A stretch of 64,000 bases of DNA. It comes from Epiperipatus broadwayi. Its lineage: Eukaryota; Animalia; Onychophora. The notes below the pieces were generated by a model that searched no databases, had not been told where the DNA came from, and was given only the letters and a program-made list of their open reading frames with translations. This document shows positions 1 to 12,270 of the stretch, in pieces. The DNA lies in NCBI GenBank assembly GCA_028023455.1, contig JAQFVV010000007.1, positions 14,694,001 to 14,758,000 on the forward strand, written 5' to 3'. The position numbers were made by a program, and so were the translations under genes. Within the stretch, counting starts at the first letter, position 1. Every line of letters starts with the position of its first letter.

Positions 1-276
1 GTTAAGTAGAGATAAAAGATGGCTGCTGGAGGTTTGCATTAGATCCTAAAATCTAAATGCAGTGCTCTCAGTTCCAAGGCTCCTCACTGATGAAGGCCAT
101 AAGCCAAAAACTATTCTGGGGATATTGGATGAGTAGGCACTAGATGGGGGGTTTTATGCACAAACCTTCTGTCATCAATTTATTACTCTGGTTGGCACAG
201 GATGGCACTACTGTATGGAATGTTTTGCCTGTTTAATAACAGTTATGTGCTAGCATAAGAGATGGTGATCATGTGA
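1..276 (+). mobile_element. Hammerhead-bearing repeat family A, copy 1 (Penelope-like/retrozyme-like, non-autonomous)
   Basis: Shares blocks ggatattggatgagtaggcactagat, ttatgcacaaa, ctactgtatgga, ttttgcctgt and ggtgatcatgtga with copies at 7.5, 7.9, 23.7, 43.5, 47.0 and 59.1 kb. No ORF. Confidence 0.85.
81..121 (+). ncRNA. Type I hammerhead ribozyme motif, family A (G12 and stem III mutated)
   Basis: ccuca-CUGAUGA-a-ggc-cauaa-gcc-a-AAAAc-ua-uUC-ugggg. Stem I ccuca/ugggg pairs fully (one G-U) and stem II is ggc/gcc. Confidence 0.7.
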
Positions 277-861
277 AGAAAATGAATTCATAATAATTAA
301 GCAATTGTTATGCTTATATCTGGTTAAGAATGATATGATAATTTTAGTCTACATAATAAATAATTAATAATTAATGTATTTACCTGAAGTGATTAGTGTC
401 AAAGCTGTGCGTACATACATTTTAAAATCAGAATATGTTTTGAGATTGACAAATATTGAACAAATGATAAAAATATGGAAGAGATTATGAGTAGAACCCA
501 TTTAAGGCTGCAGTATAAAGTGCTTCTTAGTGATGCTTTTTTTTTTAGATAAATTTATTTATATGTTTTAAGAATATATTGTGCAGTGGTCATTTTAATT
601 ACATCTATGAAAACATATTAAGCTTAACAGAAAATGAGAAATTATATTGAATTATTCTCTGTGTTTGTGTTTAGTTAAAAATAAAATAAAAACAAGTATA
701 TTCATCTTTAACTGAGGTTTAAACTATGTTGAGTCTAGAAATAATATGATAACCTCTGATAAATAATAATAATTCAAGTATATAAAATAGATGATATCAA
801 ATTTGTGCATGCACAGAGATTGACTTTTATAAATGAAAGTATAATATATTAGGTATTGACA

Positions 862-945
862 AATAGTGAACAAATAATGAAGATATGTGTAAAGATTATC
901 ACTTGGACCAACTGAAATATGCAGCATGAAATGAATTTTGGTGGA
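862..945 (+). mobile_element. Highly decayed family C fragment
   Basis: ggaccaactga...cagcatgaaat matches the family C ribozyme region. It explains part of the 724..927 minus ORF. Confidence 0.45.
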
Positions 946-2861
946 TTTTCTTAGATATCTTTATTCATATGTTTGTGAATAGTATGGCAGAGTGGACTGT
1001 TACAAGTCCATCTAAAAAAATAATTGTAATGTTAAATAATATTTAAAAATTATTTTGAATTTGAAATAAAATAGTTAACTAATTGGTAGATTAATATGGA
1101 ACTCCTAAATTGTTTGCAGTGCAAAGATGCATTTAGTCACTATATGTTATTCAGCCTTGTGACTGTACTTCTATAATTTAATTATCTTCTCTATTAATGA
1201 TACTTATATTAGAAATACTTAGCATTTATTGACTTTCAAAGTATTTGTTTTCCTTTGATTTTATATTAAACTATGTTTGTGCATTTCATCAATGGTTGTC
1301 TTTAGGGTAGTTACATCAAATCTTTGTATAAGAGAGTGAAACTCACAGTTTATTATAAATAGTTGAAAGAAGGAATAAAGACAAATGCTTATTTTTATCC
1401 ACAAAATTAATCTTAATCTTTAAATAGAAGTCAGTTGTGACTATTTTTTAATTGTAAACATTTTTCAAACTATCAGCATCATCATTTTTGCACATCAATT
1501 TCATAATAATCTTCAGAGTTTTCTGTCCATTATTCTAATCCCGAAAAAGCATAACTTTATTAGCAAATGCAAAAAAAGGAAACTCTATCTTTGTATAAGA
1601 AAAAAAGATAATGCTAGTATTTTTTTTTTAAATCAAATCAGCATTCCATTATGTAATAAATAATAATGGTTCTCTAATCCACTGATATATATAAAATATT
1701 CAAATCAATTATCACAGGATGTGTGTTACAGACCAACTGCTTTTGTGAACTGCCTTTAAAAACAACACATAGTAGCATCAGCACAGCAACTCTATCTTAT
1801 TTACCTACTATCCATATGATTAATTGGATGTTAAAATTTATATACATGTATGTATGAAAGAGAATGTGTATGGAAATATGAAAAATGTGGAAAATTTTAT
1901 AAATTTATCCAGATAAACTTCAGCCATGATAACCATGGAAATCTTTTAATGTAGAAATACAAGAGGAAACCTAAAAATAACTACAATTTTATAATTTAAA
2001 AAATGTATATTTATAAAATTTTAGGTGTTACTAATTGAATTTATCACTTTAAAAAGTATACTTTATTTAATGCAAACCTGTTCGTCATTTAAAATATTCT
2101 GAAAACAGTTACAAAACAATGCATTTTAACACCTTTATCATCCCCCTCCCCCAGTTCTAAGCCTGAAAAAAAATTTTAAGTCATTTTTTTCATTACAGAG
2201 ATTTAAAAAAAATTGTATGAAGCAAGATCGTGTGAATATGGATGACAGATAAGCTGGGTCATGCTGAATTTAAATGAAAAGTTTTTCACACTCAAGATTA
2301 TTAGAGATGGCACTTTGTTGGGTTGGAGTTTGAACTCTTTCTTTACCACAAAATGGGATGTTTACAATTTACCACATCAGGTAAATGTTTCAAAACTGAC
2401 AAATAAAATGCCTGACCTTTACAAACTTAATCTGAGAGAAAAATGCCGTTTATATATTAAAAATCAGCATTGTTTTGACTTAGGACTTCACTTGCCAAAC
2501 TTTTTAGAGACATGGTGCAGATAACATTTCAATTAAATCCCTCATAAACTTGTGTTTTTATGAGATCAGCTTGCTTATTGCCTATTTTAAACATTACAAT
2601 TTTTTCCTTGTTGCTTCCTGTAAATGAAAACAGAATTTCACATTGTTCAAGGATTTTAGCCATTATAAAATAATTAACAATTATGTGAAACACACTTTAC
2701 AAAAAAAGATCTACATGGACATACAATTTTGCATGGCAAGGTAATTTGGCAGATTGATGCAGAAAGATTCCTGCAAGAAGTATATACCAGCAAAAGTGTA
2801 TATTACAACAGGTGCACAAACCAAAGAATGATTTTGGTTATTTTTGAGTCCTCCTGCATAT

Positions 2862-3340
2862 ATCCATTCACAGAACAAACAAGTGAAAATATGTTACTAA
2901 GATAATTCACAAGCAAAATGTCTATAAAATCAGTTAGTGGGAATGCAAACAATGTCCAGTTTTGTTATATGCCAATCTATTTTGTCAGATAAAAGATGAT
3001 TACTCTTAACTTTAGTTTTATTATATGCTTATAAATCTAACATTAATATTTAAAGAGACTGAATTTGATATTAATGGTAATTTTTGTTTTTATATTAATC
3101 TAAGCCAGATTACAGTTTACTAATGTAGATAAACTTCTAATGATTTTTATTGATCCCATAAATAATTTTACTGCTTACCAAATATATATTGCTAAGAATA
3201 TAAACTCATTCACAGAACAAACAGTCCAAATGTGTTATTAACAGAGTTCACAAACAATGATTATTTAAATGAATTTGCAAAAAATACCTTATTTTTGTTA
3301 AATTAATACCAATCTGTTTTGTCAGACAAAATAATCATGG
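2862..3340. repeat. Local direct duplication (~345-bp period) with an inverted fragment near 3596-3612
   Basis: cattcacagaacaaac...caatct(a/g)ttttgtcaga at 2862-2995 and 3207-3340. tctgacaaaatagattg at 3596 is the reverse complement. Confidence 0.6.
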
Positions 3341-4140
3341 CTTTTATCAGACATTCACTTTGTTATATAATAATAAATATAATGTTGCATGAATAGGTTG
3401 ATGTTATTACTTATTTCATAAGTGGTAAACTTATTTATGGGTTCATTAAAAATTAATGGAATTTTATCTAAATTAATATTTCACATATGAAACTGTAAAC
3501 TGGTTTGATTAATATAAAAAGAAAAATTGGCTCTAATAGAAAATTTCCATCACTTTGAGTATTAAGTAATTAAGATAAAAGCAATCTTATTTACATCTGA
3601 CAAAATAGATTGATATTGATAAAATAAAAAAGATAGGTGTTGTTTTGTGTTTAGTCAAATGATTCATTAGAATAAGAATATGATAAGTCACAAAACTATT
3701 TCAATCAATGTCAGAGATATTTGCCTAGGAAGATGATGACTTGAATCTGGGGTGGCCCCAGAATAACTCTATGTGAGATTATCAGATAAACCTTTGTTTT
3801 GAGTAAAAGTTAGAATTCTACTGGGTGGCTTATTCCTTAAGTTAATTAAACATGTTGTTACCTGCTTCACCTTTTTGAGTTGCATTTTCTTGATGTTTTA
3901 AGAGTCTCCTTCTATTACATTGTTACAGGTCAACCTATTTGAGTTGTTGGAGTTAACTGTTTAATGGCCTAGAGCCTTTTTGTTTTAATAGTGAAATATT
4001 TCAAATTCTTTGTGTTTTGGTTATTATTTGTTTAACTACTTGTATAAATTGTAAATATTTATGTTATTAATAAAGTTTTTATTATAAATTTTAAAAAAAA
4101 ACTGTTTGCATGCATGTTAAAAATCATTATATATATATAT

Positions 4141-4383
4141 ATCTTCAGCTATTCACTCCATTTTTTATAACCAATACACATGACCATATACTTGTAAAAA
4201 AGATAAATAATATCCAATTTGCATATTTTGTGCTGAGCCAGCTTTATCATTTAGATCGTATCATCTTTTTCCACACATACATATAATCAGTGTTCAGTTT
4301 ATATTAAGATAGCAAATCTTTAATATTTTATAGACAGGCTTTAATCTTTCTTATCTTTTAATTCTTCAGCTATCCATATTATT
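4141..4383 (-). mobile_element. Family C copy (decayed hammerhead at ~4213-4255)
   Basis: cttcagctattcact...accaatacacatgacc...aaaagataaataatatccaa...cagtgttcagtttatattaagatagcaaatctt...cttcagctatccatattatt matches the 31.5 and 48.6 kb copies. Confidence 0.85.
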
Positions 4384-4510
4384 AAATATAAGATGATGGA
4401 AATGCTCAAAGCTCTTATTCATTCCAATATTGTTGTTATATCCATGTTGACTTTAAGTCATTTTGACTCTTCATATACAGGTTTTTGGGCATCCCTTTAT
4501 GAATTTTTTT

Positions 4511-4790
4511 AATAATATGGATGGCTGAAGAGTTGGAAGATGGAGAATATTGAAGCCTGCCCATTAAAGTTTGAAGATTTACTATCTTAATATAAACTGA
4601 GCACTGATTATATGTATTTGTGGAAAATAATGATATGGACCAAGTAATGAGTGCTGGTTGAACATTATATATATATATATATTGGAGATCTTTTATTTTT
4701 TTCACGTTTGTGGTGATGTATATCAGTTATAAAAGATAGAGTGAATAGTTAAAAGAGCTCTAATGTTTGTATTTATATCCCCTCCAAATA
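4511..4790 (+). mobile_element. Family C copy, inverted partner of 4141-4383
   Basis: Reverse complement of the preceding copy starting aataatatggatggctgaag. Decayed ribozyme at 4639-4686 has stem III replaced by (TA)n. Confidence 0.85.
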
Positions 4791-4853
4791 CATCTAATGG
4801 TCAGTATATACATTATACTTGTATCCATATATATCGGAAGAGCACATATAGTG

Positions 4854-4857
<4 letters not shown>

Positions 4858-4889
<32 letters not shown>
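4858..4889. repeat. (TA)n microsatellite
   Basis: Direct reading. Confidence 0.95.
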
Positions 4890-4893
<4 letters not shown>

Positions 4894-6737
4894 CACTCAT
4901 GGAATATGCTAAAATAAAAATAAAAGTACTATCAGTTTACTATCGCAAACAGCACAATCTTTTAATGACATCTGACTGGTGTTTTCTAATTAAAAATATA
5001 AATGGTAATTTAAATGTATTAAAATATTTTCATCAATTACATCCATTAAAATTATTAATATATATATAATATTGTAGGGAAAAGATTTAATGCTAGCTTG
5101 GAAATCCTCAATTAATTAGAAAATTTTCCAAACACCACCTGGATTGGAGAACAAGATATAAGCAGCAAACTCTTCTATCAATCATAAAGAATAATTTATA
5201 CACTATATATTTATAGACAAAGAGAATATTTATATACCTTTATTGTAAATTGATCAACTTGTTTGTTTATTATCCTTCCTTCACAATATTTTGACAACAT
5301 TAAACTCACTTTGAAAAAAAAAAAACAATTGGTTATATTAAATATTAAAAAAAGGTAAAAATATAATCTCTTTCAAAATATTTATACAAATATACATAAT
5401 TTTTCATTGCAGAGAAATACAAGGATGATTATTTATTTTTCCACAATGTATTAAAAGTGAATATAAACAGCCCTGCCTTGTATGAGAATAATATAATGAA
5501 AAATATATTGCATTGTCAATTAATGCATGGAGATTCAAATGTTTAATATCTTTAATTCAGCTGAAGAGGGGAAATAGTTTGGGATATTCTTGCATAATAA
5601 GGCAGAGCAGTGTGAGTTTCTGGTCTGCCAAAATGGTTGCAATATGATGAAACTAAGATAAGAGACACAGTACTAAGAACTAAAAAAACAGGAAAATATC
5701 TTTATCATGCAAAGATTTTTTATCCTTGCACATGGTGTTAGAAATGTATAAAAGTATTTCTAAACTCTTATGATAAAATAATGTATTAAAAGTATCAAAC
5801 TATCATATTGGCAAATGTGGCTCAAGTATTTGATATGTTATACACAACATAATACAAAATAAGAAAAGTCAGAGTTTCTATGCTGTAGAGGTTATGTTGT
5901 GGTAGAGTTGAGATGAAAGAATCACTAATAAAAACAAAATAATCTTGAAAAGACAATTATACAATGTTTAAAAAAAGTATTTTTTTAAACAAACTTTATT
6001 AGGAAAGAAACTTCCATTTATAAAATCGAACTTAAGTTTAAACTAGATTTTGTCACTATATATAGAAAAGTATTTTTTTTTTGTAATGTACATATTAACT
6101 TAAGTGGCTTAGTTTGTGAGAATAGTTGACAGTAAATTAATTAAACAGTTAAATACCATTAGTTATTAGTGCATTTAGTTTTTGAATGATTGATGTGAAC
6201 ATTTGCAACCAAATCTGACTCTTTGTCATCTTTTAGAAAGATATTTGGAGACGATGAAAAGCAGTATTGCATCTATGCAAGCAGTAAAAAAAAAAAATTG
6301 TATAAAACATAGGGTTACTTTTAAATATTTAATTGATAAAAGTGAAACAAGAAATTTACTCAAAAATTAATGCCAACGTTAATTATATACATATGTGATG
6401 GCATCTTTATCTTCACTAATTTAATAAAGCATTTTATAAAAATTGTTTCGTGCGTAATAACTTTCATAAATAATTATTATAGTGATCACATTCAAAATAT
6501 TCATTTTTTACTTTCTTATTAAATAGATGAACTTTCCTTAATATTTAATAATAAATGCAAAAATAGGATAATAGAAACAATTGAATACTATGTGTGTGCG
6601 TGTGTATATACGTGTATGTCAAATCCTTTTTCCAAAACATATGTAATATTTATAATTTAGTGATAAATAAACGATAGCCTTCTTGCCACCTCCTTGGCAT
6701 AATTTGTTCTAATATTTTAGTTGTTAGAATTATGTCA

Positions 6738-7126
6738 TAATTCTTTAATCAGAATCCTACCAGTCTTCGAGATGCACTGTTCAATTGTTGCTAACACACC
6801 CATGTAGACACTCTCAAACCCAAATATAAGATAGACTTTTAAAAGATAAGAACAGCCATCTTATCATTTCAAAGTCTCTATCTTGTGTCTGGGTTCGAGA
6901 ATGTCCTACACACTTACTATAACTATCTTATCTTTTAAATTTCTCTTTTTTCCATTTGGGTTTGAGAGTGACCGGCATACTCACTATAACCAACATCTTC
7001 TATTTTAGCAGTCTATCTTGCATTTGAGTTTGAGAGTATTCTGCATACACACTATAATACTAGTGAGATAGTAAGATCATTGAACAATGCATGTTGAAGG
7101 CTGATTACTTTCTGATTAAAGAATTA
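6738..7126. mobile_element. MITE-like element with ~50-bp imperfect TIRs and internal family G repeats
   Basis: taattctttaatcaga (6738) / tctgattaaagaatta (7126). Internal ctctcaaacc...aagataag...cagccatcttatc is shared with 20773-21134. Three tg(g/a)gtt(t/c)gaga units lie ~70 bp apart. Confidence 0.6.
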
Positions 7127-7502
7127 CTAATGAAAACTGCACTTGTAAATTATATTGTTATTAAATTATGTCATAAATGTTTTTCCATCATAAAATACAG
7201 GTATATAAATAAAAAAGATAGCCACTTTTAAATAGCCTATTATAATGCAAAGAAATGTCCTTCCACTAGCCAAAAATAAAGAATAGTAAAATAGAAGCTA
7301 TTATTTAGCCAATGAAACAAAAAAAAACAGTAGCATTATAAAATTGTGAGCCGAAAATGAAAACTCAATAATGTTTTCAGACCAAGCAAATTTCTTTGTT
7401 TTATCATACAGATCTAAACCTAGTTCAGAATTTATATATTATAGTGTTTTTGTTTTTTAATAAACATTATCACCAACATCTTTTAAGCCAGAATAGTATT
7501 AA

Positions 7503-7765
7503 ACCACTAAAACATCACATGACCACCATTTCTTATGTTTACAAATCTGATAAAACAATAGCAATTATCTTCATAGAATAGTACAAGCCATAATAATCAC
7601 TGTATACTAAAAAATTTGTGCATGAAAATTCCTATCTAGTGCCTACTCACCCAATATCTAGTTTCTAGCTTGTGTCTTTCATCAGTGAGAGGGCTTAGAT
7701 CTGAGAGCATTGCATGTAGATTTTTGAATCTAATGCAACCCTCTAGCAGCCACTTTTTATCCTTT
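7503..7765 (-). mobile_element. Family A copy (hammerhead at ~7656-7693, 3' strand deleted)
   Basis: Reverse complement reads ctctca-ctgatga-aagacacaagcta-gaaac-tagatattggg. Confidence 0.85.
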
Positions 7766-7870
7766 AAGTCAGCTACAAAGTTATGAGCCCAAAATAAATC
7801 CATAATAATATTTTCAATTCAAAATAATTTGCTTGCAGACTCACACAGATCTTAATCTAGTTCAGTATTA

Positions 7871-8108
7871 TACATTAGATCCTAAGGTCTGTATACAATG
7901 CTCTTAGATCTAAAGGTTTTTCACTGATAAAATATGTAAGCTAGAAACTAGTCAGGATATTGGATGTGTGGACATTAGATAAGGATTTTGATATACAATC
8001 CTTTTACCTTCCATTGCACTGGGTGGCACTATTGTATGGAGAGAGTTGGGACTATTTTAACAGATTGAATAAGCATAAGAAATGGTGGTTATGTGATGTT
8101 TTAGTGGC
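7871..8108 (+). mobile_element. Family A copy (hammerhead at ~7917-7958), inverted partner of 7503-7765
   Basis: tttca-ctgataa-aatatgtaagcta-gaaac-ta-gtc-aggatattggatg followed by the family A tail to gatgttttagtgg. Confidence 0.85.
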
Positions 8109-8721
8109 TATTTACCAAATGCTGAATAGTGAATGAAATCATTGCTGGTAATAGTAAAAAAAATAATTTTAATTTTAGGGAGTAACTATCATCCTCATAA
8201 TTTAAAAACTATAAATAACTGTCAAGTAAATATAATACCTCCAAAAATCAGCTTTAAGGCAACAGATCGACAAATAAAGAAAATACTCCTATTAATTTGA
8301 AATTTCAAATATATCATATGAGACTAACATAACAAGGAAAATAAGTAATTGCATTAAAAAACATTCAGAACAAAACCTTTATGTATTCCATCAGAGAGTA
8401 ATTTAGTAAAGATAAATCTTTGAGAGTTTTATGAAAACGTCATGTTAAATCCTATAATAGCATTAAGTTTATGGCTGCTAAGAATGTAATGGATTTAATT
8501 CTTAATAATAATGTTTCAGAGATTCAATGTGATAGTGCATCTGACACCTTACTCATAGTGCAACAAATCATATTATTTGCACTTATATAGTGAACTTCCA
8601 TTATTTAAAATTATTTGATAAATATCTAAGAAAAATTCCATCTTTATTCAAATATTTCAAATACATTTAACTGTTAGTAATGGCATATACACTAGCATAC
8701 AATATAATGACTTAATGCTAG

Positions 8722-8822
8722 TATTAAAACAGGCAAAACTCTCCATACAGTAGTGCCACTCAGTGCAAGCCAGACTAATCATGAATGTCACTACTATATG
8801 GATAGTTTTGCCTGTTTTAATA
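8722..8822. repeat. 37-bp-arm hairpin made of two inverted family A tail fragments
   Basis: tattaaaacaggcaaaactctccatacagtagtgcca (8722-8758) versus the reverse complement of 8786-8822: 3 mismatches, 27-nt loop. Confidence 0.85.
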
Positions 8823-9837
8823 ACAGTTATGAGCAAGCATTTGATGTTAACTGCTAGTATTCTTTTCTTCAAATGTAACTGGCCTAATAAGTGACAATAT
8901 TATCATGGGAATAGAGCTGTGACTTTTATATTCACGAATATTAAATTTGGGGTAACTCTCTAACCATCTTGATTATTTTGTCAAAGCAAAATTAATTAAA
9001 AATGTAATGTCTACTCTGTGAAGTTCCTCTTGACTTGTCCATTTTTTAATATCAATATTAATGAGTGGTTTCTAAATATTATGAGTTGTCACACTAAGTA
9101 AAGTTATGAGGGCATTTACTTTTACTAGGGAGCAATTTCTTTTTTTATTTAACTTTTCTTCTCTGTTTAATATATATATATGAATTTTCCCAATATGAAA
9201 CACAGATTATGTGATAATAGCAAATAATCCACAAGTCAATCTAGTGTGATTATTTGTATTGTTTAGAAACCATTCATTCATTTTGCCCTTAACAAAAACA
9301 GAATGTGTAAATTAGTAGGATTTTTATATAAACATTTATCAAATTTTAATTGATTTTGTCTTTCATGGAATAGCCTAGCTTATTAAGGTACCATTGTTAA
9401 ATTCAAAATTCCACACATCTAAAGGTCTTGGGTTCCATTCTAATGGTAGTATTGTTGCTGGTATTGGCCAGCAACAACTGAAAAAAAGGAGAATAATATC
9501 CCTTGAAATTTTCTAAAAATATTTAATAATTAATTCTAAAAAATGAAAATGGTCTAAAAGATTCATACAAATAATATATCTTCACAAACTTTAAGACAAA
9601 CACTTGCAATATTTTTTTTTTTAAATATTTTGTATAAATAATTTATAAAATATATTTTACATATTTTCTCAGAATTAATATTATTTGAAAAGATCAAATA
9701 AAATAAGTTTATTCTAATTGCATATCTTTTAGAAAACACCTATTCACATTTCAGTAAATATTCTATAGCATTGTCAAAAATGTTATAGTGGAATATAAAC
9801 AAATTAAGCATTTTATTATCAGTTTTCCAAAACATTA

Positions 9838-10183
9838 GCAATTCACTGCATGTGAAAGATCTTTCTAAATTTTGTTTTTCTCTGATTCAAAGCCTTTCTT
9901 CTCCACAATATATCAAAAAACTTCCCCAATTCCTACTCATATGTGGTTTCATTTTAAGATTATTATAATCTTTTGGGATTCAAAAACATAGAAGGAGATG
10001 ATGCATGAGATGGATAGGTAAAATAAAAAAGTTTGCTGTTGTGCTGTGGAGAAGACATACATACTTATGTATATACAAACATACATACATACTCTGTTGT
10101 GGAGAAGAGCAGTTAAAGATCAGAGAAACAGATTAAACTTGGAGGGACCTACATCACACAGTGGATTGATGATGATTGATGAT
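9838..10183. mobile_element. RTE-clade LINE 3' end with 5' inversion (minus 9838-9950, plus 9985-10183)
   Basis: Plus part encodes RWIGKIKKFAVVLWRR...KLGGTYITQWID* followed by (TGA)n. Minus part encodes ELGKFFDILWRRKALNQR. Confidence 0.65.
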
Positions 10184-12270
10184 AATTAAGATTTGAATTA
10201 ATTATATTAATAATTGTTTAGTTTATTATCCAGTAATTTATGAGAAATTCAAGTAACAGAAATGGCAGAGTATGACTGCAATCAATAGACTTTGGGTTTC
10301 AGAATCTGCCATTCTATCACTGTATCAATCAACCCAGACCAACTTTAATTATTCAGCCTGACAGACCATCTGATAATAGATGTATAATGATTTTGAATAT
10401 AAATGTTAGCAAATTATTCAGCTTCAATTACCATCATAGTTTTTCCATTTAATTCAACATTATCAGTGAAAAAATAATTTTGACAAGTGTGACTATAAGA
10501 TTGAGAGATAAATTTTCCACCATATCAGAAAAGTTAAATTCCTTTTCATAACCATGATTAATATCTATAGCAAAACGTGTTTACTTTTGTAAAATAATTG
10601 TAAACTTTTTTCTAACTACCACCCTACTGGATAATGCTATAAATATGCTTATGGTTGAGAAGTTCCTTTCTACTGATTACACAAATATATTGGAGCATAT
10701 CTTTCTTTAAAATGTTAAATTTGTGATATTGTCACAACTAATCAGTTTTCTGATGTTCATTTTTTATCACCAATCTAAATAATAAAGCAAAGAATTTAAA
10801 ACACTCCTTTCCAAAATCAACTGTTTATATCTCCAAAAACTCTCTACCCTTATAAAATGTATTCCATACCAGCTGCCATCTGCTTATAAAAAACCATAGT
10901 TGAAATGAAAAGAATTATTATTAAAAATAGTGAGAAACATATTTGGACAAAAAAATTATAATCTGAAAAAAAAAAACATTTATTATTATTTAACTAAGTA
11001 TACTTGTCCTGCCAAAAACTGTAAGATATGTCTAAGTAAAATAATCAAATAATGAGCATAGGAAGTATCATAATTGGACCATGGTGGGACTTGAGTTCCA
11101 ATCTGTGTGAAGCTCCATGGTGTTAAATTGCACAGGGCACAGCAGAGAGCTAATATTTTGGTACTCCCTCAAGTATGTTTGCCAAACTCATGTTAAACAA
11201 CATTTAATTTTCTTAGTTTTAAAATACAATTGAGTTAATAAAAGATTTAAACGAATAATCTGCAAGATTTTTTTGAAAAAAAGTTATTGGAGATAAAGAA
11301 ATATTTTTATAACTTTCATTCAATATTTAAAAATAAAAACTTCAAAGACAAGGCATAAATAAAACATCAAACAACGAAAAACTCTTAAAATTCATTTTAC
11401 TTGGCTGTGATAATGGAGATAAACTTGAAAGGTGATATATTCTGAATTTGACATTCAACCTGATCCATTTAGTCCTTCAATATCTCATACCCTCACAGCA
11501 ATTAACTATTAGACTATTACTTTACATTAGTCATTATAGTGTACTTAAAAAATGTTTTCAAAATATTTGATACCCCCGTTGATCTAGTTTGTGTGATGTA
11601 TAGCAGAATATGTGTAGCAGATGAAGGTTTTTTTCAAGGTAGTTTAAATGTAAACAAGCAATAAAATATTTTATGGTTCCTTTCACAGAGCCTGATCATT
11701 GGGAAACAAATATCGTATATATAAACGTATGTTTAGAATATTAATTTCTAATAAATTTTGTAAAATTTATATTTTTAATAATTACTAATTAAGAAATTCT
11801 AATTAATTACTAATAATTATTTTGATTATTTAATTAAACAGTGTTGTTTTACATTTTTAATTATTTTATCTTCAGTTAATTTATTTTGAAATATGTTTTT
11901 TTATGAATTGAAAAACAGATTTTAATGAGAAATAAATCTTGGAAACTTAGATTTCATGATTATTGATTGTAATAATATTCCTACATAATATTTAATGGTT
12001 TTCCTTAAGTATAATTTTTATATATAATATGCAGAATATGAAATAACTTACTCATTATTTGTTTAAATGTAGTACTGATTTATATACTTCTTTATATATA
12101 ACCATTAGAAATCAATCAATACTTAAACAATCCGAGTTGCAATTTTTAATGGCTATATAAATATATGGGACCAAAAATAAAGGTGGGACTCCACCTTTAT
12201 TGTTAAAAAGAGGTTGCCTTGACAACAGTTGGAGATTGTTGATTGTTATCTATATTAGGATTGTCTAAGT

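Noticed and set aside
2199-2380. Exon-like segment with strong acceptor (cattacag) and donor (cag|gtaaat), overlapping the 87-aa ORF
   Set aside because: All three frames have stops between the splice sites and no homology was recognised. It could only be a non-coding or pseudo-exon.
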